Shown here piece after piece: positions 1 through 8,770 of a stretch of 64,000 bases of DNA (positions within the stretch are counted from its first letter, which is position 1; every line of letters starts with the position of its first letter). This stretch comes from Alphaproteobacteria bacterium. GTDB taxonomy: Bacteria > Pseudomonadota > Alphaproteobacteria > Reyranellales > JAQSWP01. The stretch is from the NCBI GenBank assembly GCA_037190765.1, contig JBBCJW010000025.1:14124-78123 (forward strand), in the 5' to 3' direction. The translations under genes and the position numbers were made by a program. The notes under the pieces were generated by a model. The model made no database searches and had not been told where the DNA came from. It saw only the letters and a program-made list of their open reading frames with translations.

Positions 1-774
1 GGCGCATTCCTGCTGACCGAACCGCAGGCGGGCTCCGACACGGCCGCGTTTCGCGCCAGTGCGCGCCGCGACGGCGACCACTTCGTCCTGAAAGGCACCA
101 AGCAGTTCATCTCCAACGGCAGCGAGGCCGGCATGGCGCTGGTGCTGGCGGTAACCGATGCCGGTGCCGGCAAGCGCGGCTTCACCGTCTTCATCGTCGA
201 TCCCGCGATGCCGGGCTACAAGGTCAACCGGGTCGAGGAAAAGCTCGGCCAGCGCACCGCGCATGTGGCGCAGATCGAACTGGACGATTTGCGCGTCCCC
301 GCCGCCAACGTGCTGGGCGAGGTCGGCGGCGGCTACCGGATTGCGATGGCCGGTCTCTCCGACGGCCGCATCGCCATCGCCGCCCAGGCGGTCGGCATCG
401 CCCGCGCCGCCCTGGAGGCCGCCATCCGCTACGCCCGCGAGCGCGAGGCCTATGGTCGGCCGATTTTCGATCTGCAGGCCATCAGCTTCAGCCTGGCGGA
501 GATGGCCATGCAGGTGGACGTTGCCCGGCAATACTACATTCACGCTGCGCGGCTGCTGGAGGCGGGGCTGCCGTGCATGAAGGAAGCGGCGATGGCCAAG
601 CTGTTCGCCAGCGAGATGGCGGAGAAAGTCTGCTCCGATGCGCTGCAGGTGCATGGCGGCTACGGGTATCTGCGCGACTTTCCGGTCGAGCGCTATTGCC
701 GGGACGTGCGCGTGTGCAAGATCTACGAGGGCACCAGCGACATCCAGAAGCTGATCATCTCGCGCAGCCTGTAA
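1..774 (+). CDS. acyl-CoA dehydrogenase, C-terminal ~257 aa (5' end lies outside the window)
   Basis: Frame 1 is open from base 1 (GAFLLTEPQAGSD...) and runs into ORF 133..774. Canonical ACAD C-terminus with the catalytic-base motif IYEGTSDIQ. Confidence 0.9.
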   Translation, partial: GAFLLTEPQAGSDTAAFRASARRDGDHFVLKGTKQFISNGSEAGMALVLAVTDAGAGKRGFTVFIVDPAMPGYKVNRVEEKLGQRTAHVAQIELDDLRVPAANVLGEVGGGYRIAMAGLSDGRIAIAAQAVGIARAALEAAIRYAREREAYGRPIFDLQAISFSLAEMAMQVDVARQYYIHAARLLEAGLPCMKEAAMAKLFASEMAEKVCSDALQVHGGYGYLRDFPVERYCRDVRVCKIYEGTSDIQKLIISRSL

Positions 775-776
775 GG

Positions 777-824
777 AATTGACCGACGGTAAGTAAATTG
801 ACTACTTACAGAAAAAATTGACTT
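777..824. promoter_or_regulatory. candidate operator/promoter region: three AATTGAC direct repeats plus palindrome GTAAGTA-N7-TACTTAC
   Basis: AATTGAC starts at 777, 796 and 816 (19-20 bp spacing). A perfect 7-bp inverted repeat spans 789-809. The site is directly upstream of a TetR gene. Confidence 0.4.
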
Positions 825-952
825 GTACCTCTCTACCGGCTACTTACGGGCTGTGGCGATTGCCTTTTCTGGCCTTCCGCCCGCCGGACGGCATATCGAC
901 TGAAGGAATTCTCCGAGTGCGGCGGGGTCGTCACTCATCAGCCTGGAAAAAC

Positions 953-1549
953 GTGGTCCTCAGCCGGGAGCAGCAGTTCTCGCTGAAACGGGCCGCGCTG
1001 TTGCGTGAAGCCGCCCGCGCCTTCAGCGCCCGCGGCTATCACGCCACCTCGCTCGACGACGTCGCCAAGACGCTGGGCGTGACCAAGGCGGCGCTCTACT
1101 ACTACGTCAAGAACAAGCAGGAAATCCTGTTCGAGTGCCACATGCAGGCGCAGGATCTGGGCGACAGGGCGCTCGATTACAGCGAGCAGAACGGCCGCAA
1201 CGGGCTGGAGCGCATCACGCTGCTGGGCCGCAAATACATCGAGCTGATCACCAACGAGATGGGATCGGCGGCGGTGCTGAGCGAATTCGATGCCCTCGAT
1301 CCCAAGCACCGCAATATCATCGCCCGCCGTCGCGACAAGTTCGACCAGCATTTCCGCAAGCTGATCAGGGACGGCATCGCCGATGGCAGCATTCGCGCCG
1401 TCGACCCGAAGCTCACCGTGTTTTTCTTCATGGGCGCGGTCAACTGGATGACGCGGTGGTTCAGGCCGGACGACGAACGTTCCGGCGAGGATATCGCCCA
1501 GCACTTCACCGATCTTCTCGACAAGGCGATTTCCGCTAGGCAGTCCTAG
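953..1549 (+). CDS. TetR/AcrR family transcriptional regulator
   Basis: N-terminal HTH ATSLDDVAKTLGVTKAALYYYVKNKQEILFE. The maximal ORF starts at 818. I prefer GTG 953 (alternative GTG 917) because the first 45 codons lie over the operator-like repeats and are not TetR-like. Confidence 0.8.
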   Translation: MVLSREQQFSLKRAALLREAARAFSARGYHATSLDDVAKTLGVTKAALYYYVKNKQEILFECHMQAQDLGDRALDYSEQNGRNGLERITLLGRKYIELITNEMGSAAVLSEFDALDPKHRNIIARRRDKFDQHFRKLIRDGIADGSIRAVDPKLTVFFFMGAVNWMTRWFRPDDERSGEDIAQHFTDLLDKAISARQS

Positions 1550-1606
1550 AGCGATCACGTTCTGACGGAATCGCTCGCGGTTCCGTCAAAATCCGTGAAT
1601 CCGCTC
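1548..1606. repeat. REP-like palindromic intergenic element, degenerate copy
   Basis: The arm agagcgatcacgttctgacggaa pairs imperfectly with ttccgtcaaaatccgtgaatccgctc. Same family as 42169-42228 and 62892-62954. It starts inside the TetR stop codon. Confidence 0.5.
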
Positions 1607-1755
1607 CACTCTTCAATATTGGAACAAACCCACGCGGCCTGCTCCGGGATCGCGCTTGACCGCACGCAGTTTTGCAACCCAAGCTGATCGCAGACAAGGC
1701 ACCTGATGGCCATCGGATCGCAACCGGCGGCGTGAAAGGCGGCCGACTTGACTCT

Positions 1756-1764
1756 AATTGACTA
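1756..1764. promoter_or_regulatory. fourth AATTGACTA box, upstream of the ABC/ligase operon
   Basis: The 9-mer aattgacta is identical to 796-804. A TTGACT lies 8 nt upstream at 1748-1753. Confidence 0.35.
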
Positions 1765-1865
1765 TTGAGTAGATCATGCTGCCATGTAGTTAAACATGCG
1801 GCAGCAAATGCGCACCCGGACAAGATCGTATTAAGCGACAGTCGCCGGAGATTGAGGGAGGTTAC

Positions 1866-1904
1866 ATGGAGCGCGCCGCTTTCCGCGCTGGTATCGAACC
1901 TTGA
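1866..1904 (+). other. candidate 12-codon leader ORF (MERAAFRAGIEP) preceding the ABC operon
   Basis: The strong SD GAGGGAGG (1854-1861) sits 4 nt before ATG 1866. The stop TGA 1902-1904 lies 8 nt before ATG 1913 of the ATPase gene, which has no SD of its own. Confidence 0.3.
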
Positions 1905-1912
1905 GCGCTGCG

Positions 1913-2716
1913 ATGGAGGCGAGCCAGTCCACCGCCTCGGCCGAGGCGACGCCTATCCTGACCGCAACCGGCATTCGCATGACCTTCGGCGGCGTCGTCG
2001 CCCTGGACGACGTCTCGGTGGCGGTGGGCCGCAACGAGCTTCTCGCGATCATCGGCCCCAACGGTGCGGGCAAGACGTCGCTGATGAACTGCCTCAGCGG
2101 CTTCTATCGGCCGCAAAAGGGCGAGGTGCGGTTCAACGGCACCTCGATCGCCGGCAAGGGCGTGCATCACATCGCGCGCCTGGGTCTGGCCCGGACGTTC
2201 CAGGGCACGCATATCTTTTCCGGCATGACGGTGATCGAGAACATCATGGTGGGCCGCCACATCCACATGAAGAGCTCGGTGCCGGCCGCCTTCCTGTATT
2301 TCGGCGCCACGCAGCGCGAGGAAATTCGCCATCGCGAAGTGGTCGAGGAGATCATCGAGCTTCTGGAGATCCAGTCGATCCGGCACAAGCCGGTCGGCAG
2401 CCTGGGCTATGGCCTGCGCAAGCGCGTCGATCTGGGCCGCGCCCTGGCGCAGGAGCCGAAGATCCTCCTGATGGACGAGCCGATGGCGGGCATGAACACC
2501 GAGGAGAAGGAGGACCTGGCGCGCTTCGTCCTCGACGTGCGCGAGGCGCGCGGCATCCCGGTGGTTCTGGTCGAGCACGACATGGGCGTCGTCATGGATC
2601 TGGCCGACCGCATCGTGGTGCTGGATTTCGGCCGCAAGATCGCCGAAGGCACGCCGCGACAGATCCAGAAAGACCCGGTCGTCATGAAGGCGTATCTCGG
2701 CGAGGGAGACCGCTGA
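1913..2716 (+). CDS. ABC transporter ATP-binding protein, LivG-like (HAAT family)
   Basis: Walker A GPNGAGKTS, signature/Walker B region LLMDEPMAGMN and the LivG-type C-terminus. The ORF opens at TTG 1901; ATG 1913 is preferred. Confidence 0.9.
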   Translation: MEASQSTASAEATPILTATGIRMTFGGVVALDDVSVAVGRNELLAIIGPNGAGKTSLMNCLSGFYRPQKGEVRFNGTSIAGKGVHHIARLGLARTFQGTHIFSGMTVIENIMVGRHIHMKSSVPAAFLYFGATQREEIRHREVVEEIIELLEIQSIRHKPVGSLGYGLRKRVDLGRALAQEPKILLMDEPMAGMNTEEKEDLARFVLDVREARGIPVVLVEHDMGVVMDLADRIVVLDFGRKIAEGTPRQIQKDPVVMKAYLGEGDR

Positions 2717-4683
2717 TGCTGCGGATGCGCACCCTGCCGCAGATCCTGCTGGAGCGTGCCGAGGAGATGCCCGGCCGGCTGGTGGAGCGCCACAAGCATC
2801 GCGGCATCTGGCGCGAGTACAGCTTCGCCGCCGTCCTCGACAATGTCCGCGCCTTCGCGCTGGGCCTGCACGCGCTGGGCCTGCAGCCGGGCGAGACCGT
2901 GGCCATCATCGGCGAGAACGAGCCCGAGCATTTCTGGGCGGAGTTCGCCGCACAGGCGCTGGGCGGCAAGGTGGTGTCGCTCTACCCCGATCTCACGGCC
3001 GACGAAATCCAATACCTGCTTGCCGACAGCGAGGCGGTCTACCTGGTTGCGCAGGACCAGGAGCAGGTCGACAAGGCGCTGGCGGTACTGCCGCAGGTGC
3101 CCGCACTGCGCCGCATCGTCTACTGGGACGAGACCGGCATGTGGTCTTACGCCCAGCCGGTGCTGACTACGTTCGAAAAGGTCCAAGCCGATGGCCGCCA
3201 GCGCCATGCGGCGGAGCCGGAACTTTTCCGCACCCTGGTCGAGGCGGGGAAGCCCGACGATCTGGCGGTGCTGTCCTATACGTCGGGCACCACGGGCCGG
3301 CCCAAGGGCGTGATGCTGACGCACCGGTACCTGATCGACAATGCGCACCGGCTGATCGAAGCGACCGGCGCCAAACCGGGCATGGAGTATCTCACCTATA
3401 TCGCGCCGGCCTGGGCCACCGAGCAGCTCTTCGGCATCACGGTCGGCATGGTGCTGCCGCTGGTGGTGAATTTCCCCGAGGGTCCGGAAGAGGTCCTCAA
3501 CAACATCCGCGAGCTTGCGGTCGAAATACTGGTGTTCGCGCCCCGGCAATGGGAAAGCCTGGCCGCGACCTTGCAGGCGCGCATGTTCGATGCCGGCCCG
3601 GTGCGGCAGAAAATCTACAACTGGGGCGTCGCCATCGGCCACAAGGTCAACGTCGCCAAGCTGGACGGCAAGCCGGTGCCGTTCGGCGCCCGGCTGCTGT
3701 TCCCGCTGGCCGAGGCGCTGGTGCTGAAGCGGCTGCGCGACCAGCTCGGCCTGACCCGCGCCAGGATCGCCCTCAGCGGCGGTTCCACCATGGCGCCCGA
3801 CGTGTTCCGGCTGTTCCATGCCATCGGCGTTCCCTTGCGCAATCTCTACGGCTCGACCGAGACCGGGATCCTGACCATCCACCAGGGCGACCGCTACGAC
3901 CTGGAGACCGTCGGCCGCTCCGTGCAGGCTCATCCCGAGGCGGGGGCCAAGCTGGAATGGAAGGTCTCGGAGACCGGCGAGCTTCTGGTGCGCGGCGGAT
4001 CGTTCTTCCGCGGCTACTACCGCAAGCCGGAAAAGACTGCCGAACGCATCGTCGATGGCTGGTACCAGACCGGCGACGCCGTCTCGGTCACCGAAGCGGG
4101 CGAGCTGGTGTTCCTGGAGCGGATCGAGGACCTGCGCCGCCTGCGTACCGGCGAGCGCTTCCCGCCGCAGTTCATCGAGACGCGGCTGCGCTTCAGCCCG
4201 TTCATCAAGGACATCATGATCCTGGGCGACGAGCAGTGCGACTATATCGGCGCGCTGATAAACATCGACATGGGGGTGGTGTCGCGCTGGGCCGAGGACC
4301 GCAACATCGGGTTCTCGACCTTCACCGACCTGTCGCAGAAGCCCGAGGTCGCCGCCCTCGTCCGCGAGGAGATCGCGCGCGTCAACGGCTTCCTGCCCGA
4401 GCATGCCCGCGTCCGCCGCTTCGCCAATTTCCCCAAGGAACTGGACCCGGACGAGGGCGAGCTGACGCGCACCCGCAAGCTGCGCCGCGAGTTCCTCGCC
4501 GAGCGCTACGGCGCGCTGATCGCCGGCCTCTATGCCGGCGAGAAGACGATCGCGTTCGAGATACCGGTCACCTACCAGGACGGCAGGCAAGGCACGCTTG
4601 CCGCCCGCGTGCACGTCCACGACGTCGACGAGAATTCGACATTGCCCAAATCCAACTCCCAGAAAATGCGAGCTGCCGGATGA
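2716..4683 (+). CDS. long-chain-type acyl-CoA synthetase (AMP-forming), ABC-operon-associated, 655 aa
   Basis: AMP-binding motif LSYTSGTTGRPKGV; also GSTETG and YQTGD. Its ATG overlaps the upstream stop (TGATG at 2714-2718). The in-frame N-terminal 317 codons of ORF 1765..4683 are an alternate-frame shadow of the ATPase gene. Confidence 0.9.
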   Translation: MLRMRTLPQILLERAEEMPGRLVERHKHRGIWREYSFAAVLDNVRAFALGLHALGLQPGETVAIIGENEPEHFWAEFAAQALGGKVVSLYPDLTADEIQYLLADSEAVYLVAQDQEQVDKALAVLPQVPALRRIVYWDETGMWSYAQPVLTTFEKVQADGRQRHAAEPELFRTLVEAGKPDDLAVLSYTSGTTGRPKGVMLTHRYLIDNAHRLIEATGAKPGMEYLTYIAPAWATEQLFGITVGMVLPLVVNFPEGPEEVLNNIRELAVEILVFAPRQWESLAATLQARMFDAGPVRQKIYNWGVAIGHKVNVAKLDGKPVPFGARLLFPLAEALVLKRLRDQLGLTRARIALSGGSTMAPDVFRLFHAIGVPLRNLYGSTETGILTIHQGDRYDLETVGRSVQAHPEAGAKLEWKVSETGELLVRGGSFFRGYYRKPEKTAERIVDGWYQTGDAVSVTEAGELVFLERIEDLRRLRTGERFPPQFIETRLRFSPFIKDIMILGDEQCDYIGALINIDMGVVSRWAEDRNIGFSTFTDLSQKPEVAALVREEIARVNGFLPEHARVRRFANFPKELDPDEGELTRTRKLRREFLAERYGALIAGLYAGEKTIAFEIPVTYQDGRQGTLAARVHVHDVDENSTLPKSNSQKMRAAG

Positions 4684-5567
4684 TGATCGATTTCCTGAAC
4701 TATCTCATAAACGGGGCTTTGATCGGCCTGCTCTACGCGCTGATCGCCATGGGCTTCGTGGTCATCTATCGCGCCTCGAAGGTCTTCAACTTCGCCCAGG
4801 GCGAGCTGGTGATCTTCGGCGGTTTCGTCGTGTGGTGGATGGTGCTGTCGATGGGCCTGCCGCTGATCGTCGGGCTGCCGCTCGCCTTCGTGGTCGCCGC
4901 CCTCTTCGGCCTGCTGATCGAGCGCATCTTCTTCTCGCGCCTGGTCGGCGAGTCGGTCTTCGCCATGGTGATGGTGACCATCGGCCTGCTCATCCTGATC
5001 CGCGGGCTCATCCTGGTGCTGTTCGGGGCGCAGGTGCGGCCGTTTCCCATCATCTTCCCGCTTCAGCCGGTCATTTTCGGCGACATCCTGATCCCCCGCT
5101 CGCTGCTGTTCGGGGCGGCGATCACCATCGCGGTCGGCCTCGGCCTGTCGTGGTTCTTCAACCGCACGCGGCCGGGCCTGCGCATGACGGCGGTGGCCGA
5201 GGACCATCAGGTCTCGCTGGCCATGGGCATATCGGTCAAACGCTCGATCGCCTTCGCCTGGATCCTCGGCTCCGTGCTCTCCACGCTGGGCGCTATCATC
5301 TTCCTCAGCGGCAAGTCGCTGAACTTCCTGGCGTCCGACATCGGCCTTGCGGCGCTACCGGTGGCGCTGCTGGCGGGATTCGAATCGATCGCCGGCGTGC
5401 TGCTGGCCGGCCTGATCGTAGGCATCATCCAGGGGCTGGTCACCGCCTATGTCGATCCGCTGGTCGGCGGGGCGGTGGGGGCCGTGTTCCCCTTCATCAT
5501 CATGCTCATCATTCTCTTCGTCCGCCCGACGGGAATGTTCGGCTGGAAGACCATCGAGAGGGTCTGA
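4680..5567 (+). CDS. branched-chain-amino-acid-type ABC permease (LivH-like)
   Basis: N-terminus MMIDFLNYLINGALIGLLYALIAMGFVVIY...NFAQGE is typical of LivH. Its start overlaps the ligase stop (ATGATGA). Confidence 0.9.
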   Translation: MMIDFLNYLINGALIGLLYALIAMGFVVIYRASKVFNFAQGELVIFGGFVVWWMVLSMGLPLIVGLPLAFVVAALFGLLIERIFFSRLVGESVFAMVMVTIGLLILIRGLILVLFGAQVRPFPIIFPLQPVIFGDILIPRSLLFGAAITIAVGLGLSWFFNRTRPGLRMTAVAEDHQVSLAMGISVKRSIAFAWILGSVLSTLGAIIFLSGKSLNFLASDIGLAALPVALLAGFESIAGVLLAGLIVGIIQGLVTAYVDPLVGGAVGAVFPFIIMLIILFVRPTGMFGWKTIERV

Positions 5568-5570
5568 TCC

Positions 5571-6623
5571 ATGGATCCCGCAGGCGTATTCGCCACCAGC
5601 TTCGGCCGCGACCAGGCCCTGATCCGCACGCGCCGGCAGTGGATCGCACTGGCGCTGTTCGCCGCCCTGCTGCTGGCGCTGCCCTATGTCGTGGGGCCGC
5701 GGCTGGTCGCCATCTCGACGGCGATGATGATCGCGGCCGTGGTCGTCATCGGCTTGCAGATCAACACCGGCTATGCCGGCCAGGTCAATCTCGGCCAGGC
5801 GGCCTTCATGGGCGTCGGCGCCTATGCCGCCGGCGTCTGCGCCACCAAGTTCGGCCTGCCGTTCTGGCTCGCCATCCCGCTGGGAGGCTGCGCCGCGGCC
5901 ATATTCGGCTTCATTTTCGGCCTCTCGGCGGTGCGCATCAAAGGCTTCTACCTCGCCCTGACCACCATCGCCGCGCAGATGCTGTTCCACTTCATGATCC
6001 TGAACCTGCCGCAATCGTGGTTCGGCGCCTCGAACGGGCTGTCGCTGGAGCCGGCGAGCCTTTTCGGCCTGAAGCTCGACACCGACCGCTCGATCTATTT
6101 CCTGTGCCTGGTGGTGGCGGCGATCATGACGTTCGGCGCCTACGGCATCGTGCGCAGCCGGCATGGACGGGCGTTCGTCGCGGTGCGCGACGACGACGTG
6201 GCCTCCGGCATGATGGGCATCAACGTCGTGCGCACCAAGGCCATCGCCTTCCTGATCGGCGCCTTCTATGCCGGCATCGGCGGCGGGTTGTGGGCCTATT
6301 ACGTCCGGTTCGTGGCGGTCGACCAGTTCACCCTGTTCCACTCGATCTGGTTCATCGCGATGATCATCGTCGGCGGCATGGGGTCGGTGACCGGCGCCCT
6401 GATCGGGGTGTTCATCATCATCTCGGTCCGCGAGGGCTTCGTGACGCTGGGACCGAGCCTGGTGGCGCAGTTTCCGACCCTGGGCGGCGACGTCGTTTTC
6501 GCCACGATGAACGTCTTTCTCGGCGGCGTCATCGCCGCCTTCCTGATCTTCGAGCCCCGCGGCCTGATGCACCGCTGGACTATCATGAAGAGATCCTATC
6601 GGCTGTGGCCTTTCCCTTACTGA
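5571..6623 (+). CDS. ABC permease (LivM-like)
   Basis: Multi-span hydrophobic protein with the LivM-type core GYAGQVNLGQAAFMGVGAY. Confidence 0.9.
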   Translation: MDPAGVFATSFGRDQALIRTRRQWIALALFAALLLALPYVVGPRLVAISTAMMIAAVVVIGLQINTGYAGQVNLGQAAFMGVGAYAAGVCATKFGLPFWLAIPLGGCAAAIFGFIFGLSAVRIKGFYLALTTIAAQMLFHFMILNLPQSWFGASNGLSLEPASLFGLKLDTDRSIYFLCLVVAAIMTFGAYGIVRSRHGRAFVAVRDDDVASGMMGINVVRTKAIAFLIGAFYAGIGGGLWAYYVRFVAVDQFTLFHSIWFIAMIIVGGMGSVTGALIGVFIIISVREGFVTLGPSLVAQFPTLGGDVVFATMNVFLGGVIAAFLIFEPRGLMHRWTIMKRSYRLWPFPY

Positions 6624-6676
6624 GGAGCGGCTGCAACGCTGGGACGCGCAACGCATCGAACGGGAGGACAGGACGC

Positions 6677-7906
6677 ATGACACTCTTTTCTCGCCTGAAG
6701 ATCGCCGGAGCGGCCGCCGCTCTGGGCATCTTGTCGATGACGAGCGGGGCGAACGCCCAGACCACCTACAACATCGCGTCGATGGCCGATTTCACCGGCC
6801 CGTACGCCGACGTGATGAAGGACCTGATCGGCGTGCGCCGCCCCGCCATCGAATGGTGGAACGCCGAAGTCGGCCAGAAGCTCGGCATCAGGCTGACCAG
6901 CAAGGACTACGACCACCGCTACGACGCCGCCCAGGTCGCCAGCCTGTGGCCCGGTATCAAGGCGGAGCTCAATCCGATCGTGGTCATGGGCGTCGGCGGT
7001 CCGGACGTCGCCGCGCTGCAGGGCCGGCTGCCGGCCGACAAGATCCCCATGATCATGTCGACGGCGGGCTACGGGTTTGCTTGGAGGCCGGACCCCTGGA
7101 TCTTCAATCCGCGTCCGACCTACTCGCACGAAGCGGTGGCCTTCTTCAACTGGTACCGCGACCAGCGCGGCGGGTCCGGCCCGCTGAAGGTGGCGATCAT
7201 TTCCTCGGAAGCCTCGCCGGCCTACGTCGACCAGCACAAGGGCATCGAGAAATACGCCAAGGACAATCCCGACAAGCTCGAAGTCGTCGAAACCGTCTTC
7301 ACCGAAATCCAGCCCACCGACCTGACGACGCAGATCAATCGCGTGCTGCGCCGGGGCGCCGAAATCGTCTCGATCCAGACCAATACGGCGGTGGTCGTGG
7401 CGGCCAAGCGGGCCATGCAGGCGGTCGGCAGGAAGGTGCCGATCCTGATGAGCTCGCATAACGGCATGCTCGATTCGGGTCGCGCGGTCGGCGATATCAA
7501 GCAGCTCGAAGGCGATTTCGAGGTCTACGCCATGGCGGTGCCGACCGACGAGAAGACGCCGGCGCGCGCCTTCTTCGACATGCTGACCGACAAGTACGGC
7601 ATGAAGGCGCAGTGGACCGTCACGGCGGTGCAGGGGCTGGGGCAGACGCTGGTCACCTTGCGCGCCATCGAGGCGGCGGCGGCGAAGGTGGGGGCGGACA
7701 AGATCACCGGCGAGGCCATACGCGAGGCCCTGCTGTCCAGCCCGATCAAGAGCGACCAGATCTTCTCGGTGCTGCCCGACCTCAACTTCACCAACGAAGC
7801 GCCGTTCCCGGTGTCGGGGCTGACGGCCGGCATCGGCACGATCAAGGACGGCAAGCACACCGCCGCCGCCAGCAACGCGCCGGTTCCCGTGCTCAACAAG
7901 TGGTGA
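6677..7906 (+). CDS. ABC substrate-binding protein (LivK / Peripla_BP_6-like), Sec signal peptide
   Basis: Signal peptide MTLFSRLKIAGAAAALGILSMTSGANAQ; SD GGGAGGA upstream. This is the in-frame tail of the long ORF 4532..7906. Confidence 0.85.
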   Translation: MTLFSRLKIAGAAAALGILSMTSGANAQTTYNIASMADFTGPYADVMKDLIGVRRPAIEWWNAEVGQKLGIRLTSKDYDHRYDAAQVASLWPGIKAELNPIVVMGVGGPDVAALQGRLPADKIPMIMSTAGYGFAWRPDPWIFNPRPTYSHEAVAFFNWYRDQRGGSGPLKVAIISSEASPAYVDQHKGIEKYAKDNPDKLEVVETVFTEIQPTDLTTQINRVLRRGAEIVSIQTNTAVVVAAKRAMQAVGRKVPILMSSHNGMLDSGRAVGDIKQLEGDFEVYAMAVPTDEKTPARAFFDMLTDKYGMKAQWTVTAVQGLGQTLVTLRAIEAAAAKVGADKITGEAIREALLSSPIKSDQIFSVLPDLNFTNEAPFPVSGLTAGIGTIKDGKHTAAASNAPVPVLNKW

Positions 7907-7961
7907 GACAGGCGTTCGGCCGGACCTTGAACGGTCCGGCCGATCCATCCGGGAGAGTGCC

Positions 7962-8753
7962 GTGCTCGAACTGAACAACGTCGAAGTGATCTACAGCGAC
8001 GTCATCCTGGCGGTGAAAGGCATCTCGCTGAAGGTGCCGGAAGGCCAGTGCGTCACCCTGCTGGGAGGCAACGGCGCCGGCAAGTCGACCACGCTGAAGG
8101 CAATCTCCAACGTCGTGAGAACCGAGGACGGCCGCGTCACCTCCGGTTCGATATCGTTCGACGGCAAGCGCATCGACAACCAGGATCCGGTTGCCGTGGT
8201 CAAGAGCGGCATCATCCACGTCATGGAGGGCCGCCGCGTGCTGCGCCACCTGACGGTGGAGCAGAACCTGATCGTCGGCGGCCACATGCAGGGCTCGCTT
8301 CGGGCAGTGCGCCAGAAGCTCGACATGGTCTACGGCCGTATCGGGCGTCTGGCGGCGCTGAAGGACCGCACGGCGGGATACCTGTCCGGCGGCGAACAGC
8401 AGATGCTGGTCATCGGCCGGGCCATGATGGCCGACCCCAAGCTGATCATGATCGACGAGCCTTCGCTGGGCCTGGCGCCGCTGATGGTGGAGGAGGTTTT
8501 CACGCTGCTGCGCAGCCTGAAGGCGTCCGGCATGACCCTGCTGATCGTCGAGCAGAACACCCGCGTCGCCCTCGACATCGCCGATTACGGCTACGTCATG
8601 GAAAACGGCCGCATCGTGCTGGAAGGCCTGGGCAAGGACCTGCGCACCAACGAGGACGTGCGGGAGTTCTATCTCGGCCTCAACCTCGAAGGCGAACGCA
8701 AGAGCTATCGCGACATCAAGCACTACCGCCGGCGCAAGCGCTGGCTGGGGTAG
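7962..8753 (+). CDS. ABC transporter ATP-binding protein, LivF-like
   Basis: Walker A GGNGAGKST, signature LSGGEQQML and Walker B LIMIDEPS. GTG start with SD GGGAGAG. Confidence 0.9.
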   Translation: MLELNNVEVIYSDVILAVKGISLKVPEGQCVTLLGGNGAGKSTTLKAISNVVRTEDGRVTSGSISFDGKRIDNQDPVAVVKSGIIHVMEGRRVLRHLTVEQNLIVGGHMQGSLRAVRQKLDMVYGRIGRLAALKDRTAGYLSGGEQQMLVIGRAMMADPKLIMIDEPSLGLAPLMVEEVFTLLRSLKASGMTLLIVEQNTRVALDIADYGYVMENGRIVLEGLGKDLRTNEDVREFYLGLNLEGERKSYRDIKHYRRRKRWLG

Positions 8754-8770
8754 GCGCAGTCGATTTCGCC

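Noticed and set aside
818-952. N-terminal 45-codon extension of the first TetR ORF
   Set aside because: The extension (MTCTSLPATYGLWRLPFLAFRPPDG...) is not TetR-like and overlaps the AATTGAC and palindrome sites. GTG 953 or GTG 917 gives a normal distance to the HTH. The exact start remains uncertain.
4532-7906. 1124-aa plus-strand ORF, and similarly the N-terminal parts of 1765..4683 and 3141..5567
   Set aside because: Only the C-terminal portions are real proteins: the SBP from 6677, the ligase from 2716 and the permease from 4680. The upstream in-frame parts are Arg/Pro/Gly-rich alternate-frame read-through of neighbouring genes. The true starts have SD sequences or stop/start overlaps.
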